Shown one piece after another: positions 52,110 to 61,252 of a stretch of DNA of 64,000 bases. The notes under the pieces were generated by a model. It made no database searches, was not told where the DNA came from, and saw nothing but the letters and a program-made list of their open reading frames with translations. A program made the translations under genes and the position numbers. The stretch comes from Longimicrobiales bacterium (GTDB taxonomy: Bacteria; Gemmatimonadota; Gemmatimonadetes; Longimicrobiales; Gaopeijiaceae). The stretch's first letter is position 1, and the number at the start of each line of letters is the position of its first letter. The stretch lies in contig CBDDCX010000008.1 in the NCBI GenBank assembly GCA_965226375.1, positions 448,001 to 512,000 on the forward strand. Direction: 5' to 3'.

Positions 52110-53555
52110 ATGACTTCGGATTCACAGGCGCCCCCCGAGGTTCTGCTCGCCCACTCGTACTACTTAAAGTACGACGCCAAACAGACCGAGAAGATGAAGC
52201 CGTATCCGCCGTTGGCCACGGCCCTCACGGCTGCGGTCCTGCGCGAGCACGGATACGACGTTCGACTGTTCGATGCGATGCTCTCGCAAGGCGTCGAGGA
52301 ATTCGAGGCCCTCCTGGAGCGCACTCGGCCCAGGTTGGTAGGCATCTTCGAGGACAACTTCAACTTCCTGACCAAGATGTGTACGGTCCGGATGCGGGAG
52401 GCGGCGTTCGAGATGATCCGGGCCGCCAAGAAGATCGGCGCGCGAGTGGCTGTGAACGGCTCGGACGCCAGCGACCGTCCGGAGCTTTACCTCGGCGCCG
52501 GAGCCGACGCCATTGTCCTGGGCGAAGCCGAAACCACCGCTCGCGAGTTGTTCGACGTGTGGCGACATGATGCTTTGGGCTCCGTGGACGGCGTTGCCGG
52601 GCTTGCTCTCCCCCACGGCACAGGCGTGACCAATGGTGCGCCGGTTCGTCGTACCGGGAGTCGCGCGGTGATCGAGGATCTCGACTCGCTCCCGCTACCG
52701 GCTTGGGACCTGTTGGAGGTGGATCGGTACCGAGCGGCGTGGCGGGATGCGCATGGCCGACTTTCCTGGAACATGCTGACGTCCAGGGGCTGTCCGTACG
52801 GCTGCAACTGGTGCGCCAAGCCGGTGTTCGGTCGGCGGTACACGCAACGGAGTCCGGCCGATGTCGCGGAGGAGATGCGACAACTCAGGGACGCGGTCTC
52901 CCCGGACCACATTTGGTTTTGCGACGACATCTTCGGGCTCACTCCCGAGTGGATCCGTGCGTTTGCCGAAGAGGTGGCACGTCGTGACACAGCGATCCCG
53001 TTCATGATGCAGTCCAGGGTGAACCTCATGAAACCGGATGCGGTGAAGGCCCTTGCCGAGGCCGGTGCCGAGGAGGTGTGGCTCGGGGTGGAGTCCGGGT
53101 CGCAGAAGATCCTCGACAACATGGAGAAGGGGACGAGCCTCGACGAGGTCCGGGCGGCTACACGGACTCTGAAGGAGCACGGGATTCGGACATGCTGGTT
53201 CATCCAGCTCGGTTATCTCGGCGAGGAGTGGGAGGACATACTGCTCACCAGGGATCTGATTCTGGAGGAGAAGCCGGACGACATAGGGGTCTCGGTGTCC
53301 TATCCTCTCCCGGGCACGAAATTTCACGAGATGGTCAAGGAGCAACTCAGTCGCAAGACGAATTGGATGGACAGTGACGACCTTGCCATGATCTTCGAGG
53401 GCACCTACACGACCGACTTCTACAAGGCCGTGCGGAGCCTCCTTCACGATGAGGTGCGCGTACCGACGTCCGGAGCGAACGGCCGGGCCGGCCTCGCTAC
53501 CCGGTGGAGTGAGCTCGCGGCCCTCGAGGCAGAGTCGCGCTCGCCTCAGGGATGA
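52110..53555 (+). CDS. Cobalamin-binding radical SAM protein (paralog 1)
   Basis: PYPPL N-terminal B12 domain; SRGCPYGCNWC; DDIF; GVESGSQ; YPLPGT. Confidence 0.9.
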   Translation: MTSDSQAPPEVLLAHSYYLKYDAKQTEKMKPYPPLATALTAAVLREHGYDVRLFDAMLSQGVEEFEALLERTRPRLVGIFEDNFNFLTKMCTVRMREAAFEMIRAAKKIGARVAVNGSDASDRPELYLGAGADAIVLGEAETTARELFDVWRHDALGSVDGVAGLALPHGTGVTNGAPVRRTGSRAVIEDLDSLPLPAWDLLEVDRYRAAWRDAHGRLSWNMLTSRGCPYGCNWCAKPVFGRRYTQRSPADVAEEMRQLRDAVSPDHIWFCDDIFGLTPEWIRAFAEEVARRDTAIPFMMQSRVNLMKPDAVKALAEAGAEEVWLGVESGSQKILDNMEKGTSLDEVRAATRTLKEHGIRTCWFIQLGYLGEEWEDILLTRDLILEEKPDDIGVSVSYPLPGTKFHEMVKEQLSRKTNWMDSDDLAMIFEGTYTTDFYKAVRSLLHDEVRVPTSGANGRAGLATRWSELAALEAESRSPQG

Positions 53556-54175
53556 CGGGAGAGGCGGAACGGTCCCCGCATGCGAGCACGCCGGGACGGG
53601 ACTTCCGCGCAGCCTATGCCACGCACCGGGCCTCCGAGGGGCGAGGCACCGACGAGGGGGAGCTGCTGGCGCTTCCGTTTCTCACCGAAGGACGACTTGC
53701 GGGGGAGTGGCGTGTGCGTTGCCGCACCTTCCAGCGATTTGTCGAGGTAGTGCTGGAGGCTCGAGTCCGTGAGAGGGCTCCGACTCCGATCACCGTTCTC
53801 GATGTCGGCGCGGGAAATGGTTGGCTGAGCTACCGGGTTACGCTGAAAGGGCAGAGGGCCACGGCCTTGGATATGCGCACACCGCGGGAGCTGCGATGGT
53901 CGAGGAGAAATCACGGGAAGCGCAGAGGCACTACGGGACTTGGCGGACGTTCTGACGAGCCCGCGCTTCATCGAGTACCTGACGAGGGACCGGCTGGAGC
54001 AAGCCTCGCGAGCGTTCGGGCTGGCCTGGCGAAGGGCATCGGGTCCGCTATCCGCTCTGGTACGAGCTTCGGCCCTTCAAGGCTCGTCTCCAGGGGCGCA
54101 GAAGCCCTTCACGATTCGATCTTTGGGAAACGACGGTGCCCTGAGGGCTCGACGGGCGCTCTCTGGAGCGGCTAA
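53552..54175 (+). pseudogene. Class I SAM methyltransferase with internal deletion and frameshifts
   Basis: VLDVGAGNGW..ALD, then loses frame near 53880; plausible C-terminal piece (FIEYLTRDRL..GLAW) in another frame. Confidence 0.65.
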
Positions 54176-54191
54176 TCATCTCACGAGTGCG

Positions 54192-54235
54192 ATTAGTTGC
54201 CTAAGGAAAGTAATTGGTTGCCTTAGGTAACTAAT
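54192..54235. promoter_or_regulatory. AT-rich inverted repeat (operator-like or bidirectional terminator)
   Basis: ATTAGTTGCCTAAGG-N14-CCTTAGGTAACTAAT, 14 of 15 arm positions match. Confidence 0.55.
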
Positions 54236-54247
54236 TCATCCCATGAG

Positions 54248-55066
54248 CTATCGGCGCTCCAACTCGATCACGTAGTGATCCCCGAACCAGACCACCGGCG
54301 GCCAGGTCTCGATTCGCCGCTCGAGGCTATCCAAGAACCGAACGAAACGCTGGTGGCGCGCCGCCCACTCGTGGGCGTAGGTCGGCGGTAGCAGCGTACC
54401 GAGCGCACTCGCCCTTCGGAAATGAAACGCGGGCGCGAACGTCCGACGGACGATCGCGATGGATGGATAACGCACGGTCAGGTCACGCCATGGGGCGCCC
54501 TGACCACCCAGGCGGCGAAACGCCTTGCGAGGCTCGCCACGCGCTAAAAACCACCCCCACTCCCACGGGACCAGCGGCCCCATCAGGCAGAGAACCGTCC
54601 AGGCGCCTGGCTTGAGCCGAGCCGCCAGCCCGCTGGCTGTTTGGCCGAGGTCCGCAACACAGTTCAGGCCTCCGAAGTTCGAGAGGGCTCCATCGAAGAG
54701 GGAAGCGTCGTCGCCGACCCGACCGTCCAAGAGATCGTCACCCGATGCGCCCTCGGTCACCACCACCTCGATGGTCAACCGGCGCACGTCGATGCGGTCA
54801 CTGAGGCCGGATACGTCCACCTTCCGTCACGCGGCCTCAACCATCCGTCCGGAAGCGTCGGTAGCGAGCACGCTCGCTCCTTGGCCGGCGAGGTACACCG
54901 CGTCTTCTCCCGTGCCGCAGCCCAGTGCCAGGACACGATCCCCGACCGTTACGAGGGCCTGGAGTCGATGCCACACCGCTTCCCGGAGAACGGCCCCGAG
55001 AAAAGTATGGGTGAAGCTCATGTCGTAATGGTCAGCCAACTCATCAAAGGCCGTGGCGGGCTTCAT
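54248..55066 (-). pseudogene. Class I SAM methyltransferase with in-frame TGA at 54827-54829
   Basis: LGCGTGEDA, TDAS, then AA*RKV in frame with FDGALSNFGGLNC. Confidence 0.8.
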
Positions 55067-56478
55067 CCCATGACCTCATCGGGGAAGGCCAGCATCGCGG
55101 CACGGTTCCGCGCGGCTTCCTCCATCAACTCTGCCGCCCTCACCGAGTCCTCGGGCAAGAGACGGTGGGCCTCCACTTCGGTTCGCAGCCAACAGTCGGC
55201 GTGGGCGTAATACTCGGGTGGACGGAAGCCCCGGATTTTATGGTCGCGGTCGGTGGACTCGGCCCACTCGCCCTCGAGCACCGTCTTGCCCTTCACCTCG
55301 TCGTGGTAGGGCGTGTTCTTGATCGGATAGGACACCGTGGTCAGAAAGACGTCCGGGCCGGACTCCTTTACGTGATCGACGGTGGCTTGGATGTCGTCGA
55401 TCGTCTCACCCTCGTACCCCCACATGAGGAACATCCCGACTTCGATTCCGTATCGCTGCGCCATCTTCGTGGCCCACTGCACCTCCTCCACCTTCACCCC
55501 GCGGTCCATGGCGTCGAGGATGCGCTGGCTCCCGCTCTCCGATCCGATCCACACCCGATAACACCCCATCTCCGCCAGAGTGCGGATCACGTCCTCGCCG
55601 GCACCCCCTCTGTGGGGCGAACCCATCAGGCGGTCGGCCCTGGAGATCATCTCGAAAGGAATCTTCAGTCTGCGCTTCTTGAGTTCCTCGGCATAGTTGA
55701 AGAGCCAACGGTGGTGGATCGTGAATACGTCGTCGGCATACCAGACCTGGTCCGGCTGGTACCGCTCCACGATGTGTTGAAGCTCATCCGCGCAGTCGAC
55801 GAAGCTCCTGCGCCGATGGCTGTAACCGAACACGGCGTGGGAGCACCACCGGCAGGTGTAGGGACATCCCCTGGCGGTGATCAGGTTGACGCTTCCCATG
55901 CCGTGGTGCGTTCGCCAGACGTCGACGTACCGGTCGATGTCCATCTGTTCACGGTCCGGCCAAGGGAGGGAGTCGAGGTCAGGAATCTGTTGCCTTCCGG
56001 AATTCGTCACGACTTTGCTGTCTTCATCTCGAAAGATCGTCCCGGGGATTCCATGGAGCCGGTGGGGTCCCACCTTGGCCAGGGCCGGCAGCAGTTCCTC
56101 CATCGTCTGCTCACCCTCTCCGACCACGACGACATCTGCGCCATGGCTCAGGTATTCCGCCGGGTAGTTGGCGGATTCGGGCCCGCCGACCACCACCGTC
56201 CATCCATGGGATTTCGCTCTTCCAACGATATCGATCACCGACTTGCGTGTGATCAAATTCGTGTAGATCCCAAGCACTCCGGTTGGCTCGGAAGCGAGTC
56301 GTGCGGCCAGTTCCGCGCGGGTGGCGAACGTCGTGTCGAAGATGTCCACGCTGAAGCCGGCCCGTCTCAGATATGCCGAAATGTAGAGCAAGCCGAGGGT
56401 GGGGTAGGGCTTCATCACCGCCTGCTCCTTCTCGTCTTCGTCGAGAAAGTAGGCGTGGGTGAGGAGCAGGTCGGCCAT
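55063..56478 (-). CDS. Cobalamin-binding radical SAM protein (paralog 2)
   Basis: MKPYPTLG, GGP, GEGE; ARGCPYTCRWC; DDVF; GSESGSQ. Confidence 0.9.
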   Translation of the reverse strand: MADLLLTHAYFLDEDEKEQAVMKPYPTLGLLYISAYLRRAGFSVDIFDTTFATRAELAARLASEPTGVLGIYTNLITRKSVIDIVGRAKSHGWTVVVGGPESANYPAEYLSHGADVVVVGEGEQTMEELLPALAKVGPHRLHGIPGTIFRDEDSKVVTNSGRQQIPDLDSLPWPDREQMDIDRYVDVWRTHHGMGSVNLITARGCPYTCRWCSHAVFGYSHRRRSFVDCADELQHIVERYQPDQVWYADDVFTIHHRWLFNYAEELKKRRLKIPFEMISRADRLMGSPHRGGAGEDVIRTLAEMGCYRVWIGSESGSQRILDAMDRGVKVEEVQWATKMAQRYGIEVGMFLMWGYEGETIDDIQATVDHVKESGPDVFLTTVSYPIKNTPYHDEVKGKTVLEGEWAESTDRDHKIRGFRPPEYYAHADCWLRTEVEAHRLLPEDSVRAAELMEEAARNRAAMLAFPDEVMG

Positions 56479-56573
56479 CAGGATATGCGCTCTAGCGGAA
56501 GAGGCAGTCTGCCGCACGGGGAACGCGCTGGCGGTCTGCGGCGGGCGACCCCCGGCTCCCTATGGGTGATGGA

Positions 56574-58349
56574 TTAGGGTGCAGGATCGACTCTCATGGA
56601 AATGGACATACCGGATCCCACATGCTCCGGAATCTGACAGTTCAGCATCCAGTCCCCGGGGTTGGACATCTCGATCAACAAGTCGATCGTCGCACCCACC
56701 GGTACGATGACCGTGTCACGCCACACGAGGTTGTTCATCCGTACGCCGTCCTGCTCCAGCACCAGGAAGCGTTGCCCGTGCAGGTGCATGGGATGGTTCA
56801 TCGGATGGACCGACTTGGGGTTGTTGAACAGCCTGAGCTTGATGATGTCGCCTTCTGTGAAGCGCCAACCCCTGGCAGGACCCAGTTCACGGTCGGGCGA
56901 CATGGTCGCCACGTCGGGGAGGATCCACCTCACCTCCTGACCCGTCGCCAGCCAGTTCATCATGGGCATCGTCTCGTTCCACTCCAGCGGCGGAACGTAG
57001 AAGGTATCGATGGCCATCATCTGCTGGATCGGTGTCAGCAAGCCCCGGGCGTTCAGCGTCAACTCGAGCTCGTGGTCCACTTCCCGGTCGAAATACGGGC
57101 GCATCGCGTCGATGTCCGCCTTGACCTCGGCGGGCTCCCTCAACTGAGCGAAGGCGGCAGAGTAGTCGGCATCCGTATCCTCATCGGAGACCGACACGGT
57201 ACCCAGGGTATCGACGGTGGCATAGAACTGCCCCAGGAAATGGTTGATGGCCTGGATCTGGCTGGTCATGGCCGCTTGACCCGGCTCATCGAACTTCACC
57301 TCGACCACGTAGCGCTGACCCGGAGCGATCACCACGCTCCCGACCATGACTTCCCGCTCGAACTTGCTGAGGTCGCCTGCGACCAGCTTAATCGGGGCGC
57401 CATCCCACGACAGGTTGAACATGCGCGTGTTGGAGGCGTTGGTGAGTTGGTACCGCACCACATCGCCCTTCTTCACCTCGAGCTCGTGGCTCGCCTTGCC
57501 ATCCACCAGCATGACGTTGCCGAAGCGACCCATGAGCACGTGCGTGGGGGCTTCGAAGCCCCACGGTATCGGTCCCATGTCGTCCATGAGAATGTCGTCC
57601 AACATCAGGACAACCTCATGGTTCACGGGGCTGTAGTAGTCCTCGTCGGGGGACTCGACGATGATGTTTCCGTACAGGCCCAGATCCTGGGCGACCTCTT
57701 CACGCTGATGCGGGTGGTACCAGAACGTTCCCGCGTCGGGGAATCGCACCTGGTACTCGAAGGTGTCGCCGGGCCTAACCGGACGCTGCGTCAGCCCTGG
57801 TACGCCATCGTACTGATTTTCCACGCGTATACCATGCCACCGGAGCGTGGTCGCGAACTCGATGTTGTTCGTGAAGTTGACCGTGATGGAGGAGTGTTGC
57901 TTGACCTTGATGACGGGTCCGGGATACTGACCGTTGAACGAGTACATGATCACGTCGTGGCCGTCGATGGTGCGACGCACCAAGCCTGCCTCGAGTTCGA
58001 GCACGTCGCCGTCCGCAAGTTCGATGACCTCTCGGTAGGTGGCTTCGGGCAACATGCTTCGCTGCATGTCGCTGAGGTCCTTGCCGGGCATGAAGGGGGT
58101 GGCGGTGGGGACGTTACCCTCCAGGTAGGGCATCATGGACATGTCCATGCCCTCCATGGGCGGCATGCGCCACACGTTGGGATCCATGGCACCCATGTCG
58201 TGCTGCATGCCGGGCATGTTCATGGGCATGGGATCCTGCGCCTGTGCCGGCGGCGATAGCACCGCTAGGCCCACGACCGCCCACGCCAATCCGAGAAACG
58301 CGATCCCGCGGGTCACTTTGAGTCGCCCGTCCATGCCATACTTCGACAT
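56574..58349 (-). CDS. Multicopper oxidase family protein, Met-rich, with altered Cu ligands
   Basis: NGQYPGP, RWHG, WYHPH, HPMHLHG, WRDT, NCQIPEHxxxGM; AQA signal cleavage site. Confidence 0.85.
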   Translation of the reverse strand: MSKYGMDGRLKVTRGIAFLGLAWAVVGLAVLSPPAQAQDPMPMNMPGMQHDMGAMDPNVWRMPPMEGMDMSMMPYLEGNVPTATPFMPGKDLSDMQRSMLPEATYREVIELADGDVLELEAGLVRRTIDGHDVIMYSFNGQYPGPVIKVKQHSSITVNFTNNIEFATTLRWHGIRVENQYDGVPGLTQRPVRPGDTFEYQVRFPDAGTFWYHPHQREEVAQDLGLYGNIIVESPDEDYYSPVNHEVVLMLDDILMDDMGPIPWGFEAPTHVLMGRFGNVMLVDGKASHELEVKKGDVVRYQLTNASNTRMFNLSWDGAPIKLVAGDLSKFEREVMVGSVVIAPGQRYVVEVKFDEPGQAAMTSQIQAINHFLGQFYATVDTLGTVSVSDEDTDADYSAAFAQLREPAEVKADIDAMRPYFDREVDHELELTLNARGLLTPIQQMMAIDTFYVPPLEWNETMPMMNWLATGQEVRWILPDVATMSPDRELGPARGWRFTEGDIIKLRLFNNPKSVHPMNHPMHLHGQRFLVLEQDGVRMNNLVWRDTVIVPVGATIDLLIEMSNPGDWMLNCQIPEHVGSGMSISMRVDPAP

Positions 58350-58605
58350 CCACTGCTCCCTGATCACAAATTCGCATTCGACCGCGTGCGCCGCACTTTG
58401 AGCGTCGATCTTCAGGCAATCCCGAAATCTAGCGACACGCGGGGACGTTGCCGACCCGTGACTCATCCTAAGACCGATGACGCCGGGGCGCGACAGCGCG
58501 CAGGTCCCGAGATCGGGCGCGGTTCACCGGGATAGCGACCCCCCCCCTGGGAGGCGGTCGAGGGCGGCTGGTGTGGCAAGGCTACGAAGGCACCCTCGTG
58601 CGCGT

Positions 58606-59448
58606 CTAGGATCCCGTCGTGTTCTTCTCCTCCACGCCGAGGAGAAGATACATGAACGCGGCAGCTTCCGGCGTCATGGGCTTGTCTTGAAACGTGTCCA
58701 GCCATGAATGGATGGACGACGCATGTTTGCGGATCACGCGAAGAAGTGACGAGCGCTCGCCGGTGGTTAGGCGTTCTACCAGCATGCTTCGGCACACGTC
58801 GTCGCCGACGCCTAGACGGATAGCCCAAGGCATGACATCGTGGAGCCCATCCGGCACCTGGTTAGGGTTAAGGTTGTCTTGCAGCTCCTCCTGCGTCTCA
58901 AAGCAATCTCGTTGCTCCGACTCGGCTTGCCGGGCCCACTCCTCTGGATCATGCACACGGTGGGATCGCTCAATGGCGTCCTCGAGCGTTGACCGGAGAA
59001 AATTGCGGGCGCGAAGGAAGCCGTTCATGAGAAGCGCCCGCGCGTTGACAGGCATGCCGGCATCGGCCAGTTCTCGTCGCAGGGACTCGAGGTCGACACC
59101 GTTCCGCTTCGCGAGAGCCTCCACGGCCGCCATGGCCTCACGCTCGGGTCCCGATTCAGAAAGCAGGGTGAGGACGAAGATCTCGACCTCATTGTCCTCG
59201 GGATCGACTTCGTTGGCGTGTCTAAGGGCAGCCATCGCCTCCACAGGCAAGTCCGAGGCGTCGAGCGCGGACCCGAGTGCAACCCAGTGGCTCGCCTTGT
59301 TCGGCGCGAGCGTTGTGGCCAACCGGAAGGCGTCCACAGCACGGGGAAGGGCCGCTTCCATGAAATGGAAGAGGTACTGATGGAGCTCTGCGAGGCCACG
59401 ATCGAAATGGCCCTCAGCTCTGGCTGGATCAGTGGTTTGCGATACCAC
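58606..59448 (-). CDS. TPR-containing hypothetical protein
   Basis: N-terminal TPR-like helices (AVDAFRLATTLAP...EAMAALRHANEVDP). Confidence 0.6.
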   Translation of the reverse strand: MVSQTTDPARAEGHFDRGLAELHQYLFHFMEAALPRAVDAFRLATTLAPNKASHWVALGSALDASDLPVEAMAALRHANEVDPEDNEVEIFVLTLLSESGPEREAMAAVEALAKRNGVDLESLRRELADAGMPVNARALLMNGFLRARNFLRSTLEDAIERSHRVHDPEEWARQAESEQRDCFETQEELQDNLNPNQVPDGLHDVMPWAIRLGVGDDVCRSMLVERLTTGERSSLLRVIRKHASSIHSWLDTFQDKPMTPEAAAFMYLLLGVEEKNTTGS

Positions 59449-59550
59449 CTTCGTCTCCGTGCGCTCTAACGATCGCTCGTGCTCCCAAAACCATGTCCGA
59501 TAACGACTCGGGTAGGCGCCAACAGCGGACGGACCTATCCGTAATCATCT

Positions 59551-60915
59551 CTATGCCTGCTCGAAGCTCCTCCTCACTTCCCAGTCGCTGATCCGACGGT
59601 CGCTCTCGGATTGCTCCCAATGGCCGGTGCGGACGTAATGGTCGATGACGTCGTCGCCGAGGACTCTCCGCATCACCTCAGACCCGTCCAGCGCGTCCAG
59701 AGCTTCCCGCAGTGTTTTGGGCACCTCACGAATTCCCTCTGCGGCGTAGGCGTCCCCTTCGAAGATGGGCTCGAGCTCCAATTCCTCTTCGATGCCGTGG
59801 AGGCCAGCCGCTAGGGTGGCTGCGAAGGCCAGGTAGGGGTTGGCGTCCGCACCCGGGATGCGGCATTCCACCCGGGTCGACGGCCCCGGCCCCAGGACAC
59901 GAAAGCCCACGGTGCGGTTGTCCATGCCCCAGACGGCGTTCGTCGGTGCGAAGGAGCCGGCCTGGAAGCGCTTATACGAATTGATGTAGGGAGCGAAGAA
60001 GTATGTCATCTCCCGGGCCAGTTCCAGCTGGCCGGCAAGGTAGTGCCGGAACGTCTTGGACATGCCGTTCTCGTCCGCCTCATCGAAAAAGAGGGACGCA
60101 CCCGACGCGGCGTCCCACAAAGAGGAATGGATGTGACAGCTGTTGCCGGCGACGTCGTTGCTCCACTTCGCCATGAAAGTGATAGCCTTGTCTTGGAGAT
60201 AGGCGATCTCCTTCGCGCCGTTCTTGTAGATCGTATGCCTATCAGCCATCTCGAGGGCGTCGGCGTAGTGTAGATTGATCTCCTGCTGCCCGGGTCCCCA
60301 CTCGCCTTTCGAGCACTCCACGGGGATGCCTGCCCCTTCGATCCCGTTCCGGATCGCACGGATGAACGGCTCATCCTTGCTGGTCTGGAGAATATGGTAG
60401 TCCTCGATGTACCGACCGGACGTCTTGAGATCGTCGTAGTCCTTCTCGGCCGCCGATTCGTAAGTCTCATGGAAAAGGTAGAATTCGAGTTCCGAGCCCA
60501 TCTTGACCGTGTAACCGGCCTCCGTGGCGAGCCCGATCTGGCGTTTCAGGATGGCTCGGGGCGAGTGCCGCAGTTCGTTGCCGTCATGATCCACGCAGTC
60601 GCCCAACACCAATGCGGTGCCGGGCAGCCAGGGGACGTGGCGTAGGGTGTCCAGGTCTGGACGCACGGTGAGATTTCCGTAGCCCAGACCCCACGACGCC
60701 GCCGCGTAACCCGGGACAGGGGTCATGTCCATATCAACCGTGAGTAGAAAGTTGCACACGTGCATGCCCTCGACGACGTGGTCCAAGAAGAAGTGGCCCG
60801 TGATTCTCTTTCCACTCAGCCGTCCCTGCATGTCGGGGAAGCACACGAGGATGGTATCGATCTCGTTCGACTCCACGAGGTCGCGCAGTCGCTCCAGATC
60901 GAGGTTTCCGCTCAT
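59551..60915 (-). CDS. Glutamine synthetase family protein (gamma-glutamyl-amine ligase, PuuA-like)
   Basis: DMQGRLxGK, ELEFY, EWGPGQQEIN, FMAK, HIHxSL, NSYKR, DNRT, RVECRIPGADANPY. Confidence 0.88.
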   Translation of the reverse strand: MSGNLDLERLRDLVESNEIDTILVCFPDMQGRLSGKRITGHFFLDHVVEGMHVCNFLLTVDMDMTPVPGYAAASWGLGYGNLTVRPDLDTLRHVPWLPGTALVLGDCVDHDGNELRHSPRAILKRQIGLATEAGYTVKMGSELEFYLFHETYESAAEKDYDDLKTSGRYIEDYHILQTSKDEPFIRAIRNGIEGAGIPVECSKGEWGPGQQEINLHYADALEMADRHTIYKNGAKEIAYLQDKAITFMAKWSNDVAGNSCHIHSSLWDAASGASLFFDEADENGMSKTFRHYLAGQLELAREMTYFFAPYINSYKRFQAGSFAPTNAVWGMDNRTVGFRVLGPGPSTRVECRIPGADANPYLAFAATLAAGLHGIEEELELEPIFEGDAYAAEGIREVPKTLREALDALDGSEVMRRVLGDDVIDHYVRTGHWEQSESDRRISDWEVRRSFEQA

Positions 60916-61252
60916 GTGAATTGACTTTCGTTATCGGTCGAGGTCATTCGGTGTCTCCTCGCATTGCTTTGGGCAATCAATCTGCGGACGCGACAGGCAG
61001 CGCGCGAGCCACACGACTACCGGGGCCCCCTCCGACCTGGCCCGCCCAGCACGCGACGCCCCATACTGCCTCTAGATCACTAAGAGAATGACGCTGACGC
61101 GCGACGATCGGATGCGTGGATGTGCAGGAGATACCGCACGGCCTCGTCCCCGACTCGGGGTCGGAGGGTCCGTGGTCCGTGGTCCGTCGGGCAGGTCTTC
61201 GAGCTGGTATCGTACCGTAGCCAAACCAGCTTCCCGTTCACGCTCTCCACCA

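Noticed and set aside
41991..54829. In-frame TGA codons as selenocysteine or genetic-code reassignment
   Set aside because: The positions are not Cys-type catalytic sites, TGA ends many normal genes in this window, and other decay lesions surround them.
49456..56574. RiPP (lasso, ranthipeptide or proteusin) cluster suggested by rSAM/SPASM, B12-rSAM, kinase and NTP_transf_5
   Set aside because: No precursor peptide, RRE/PqqD, lasso cyclase or protease, or peptide exporter is visible. It cannot be fully excluded because of the deletion at ~50389.
58606..59550. TPR gene as an integron cassette (GTTAGAG just upstream on the - strand)
   Set aside because: No matching inverse core site or attC hairpin was found downstream.
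61167..61187. GGTCCGT x3 heptamer repeat; also short coding duplications near 19286-19325 and 51401-51412
   Set aside because: Too short and without spacers; not CRISPR, likely slippage.
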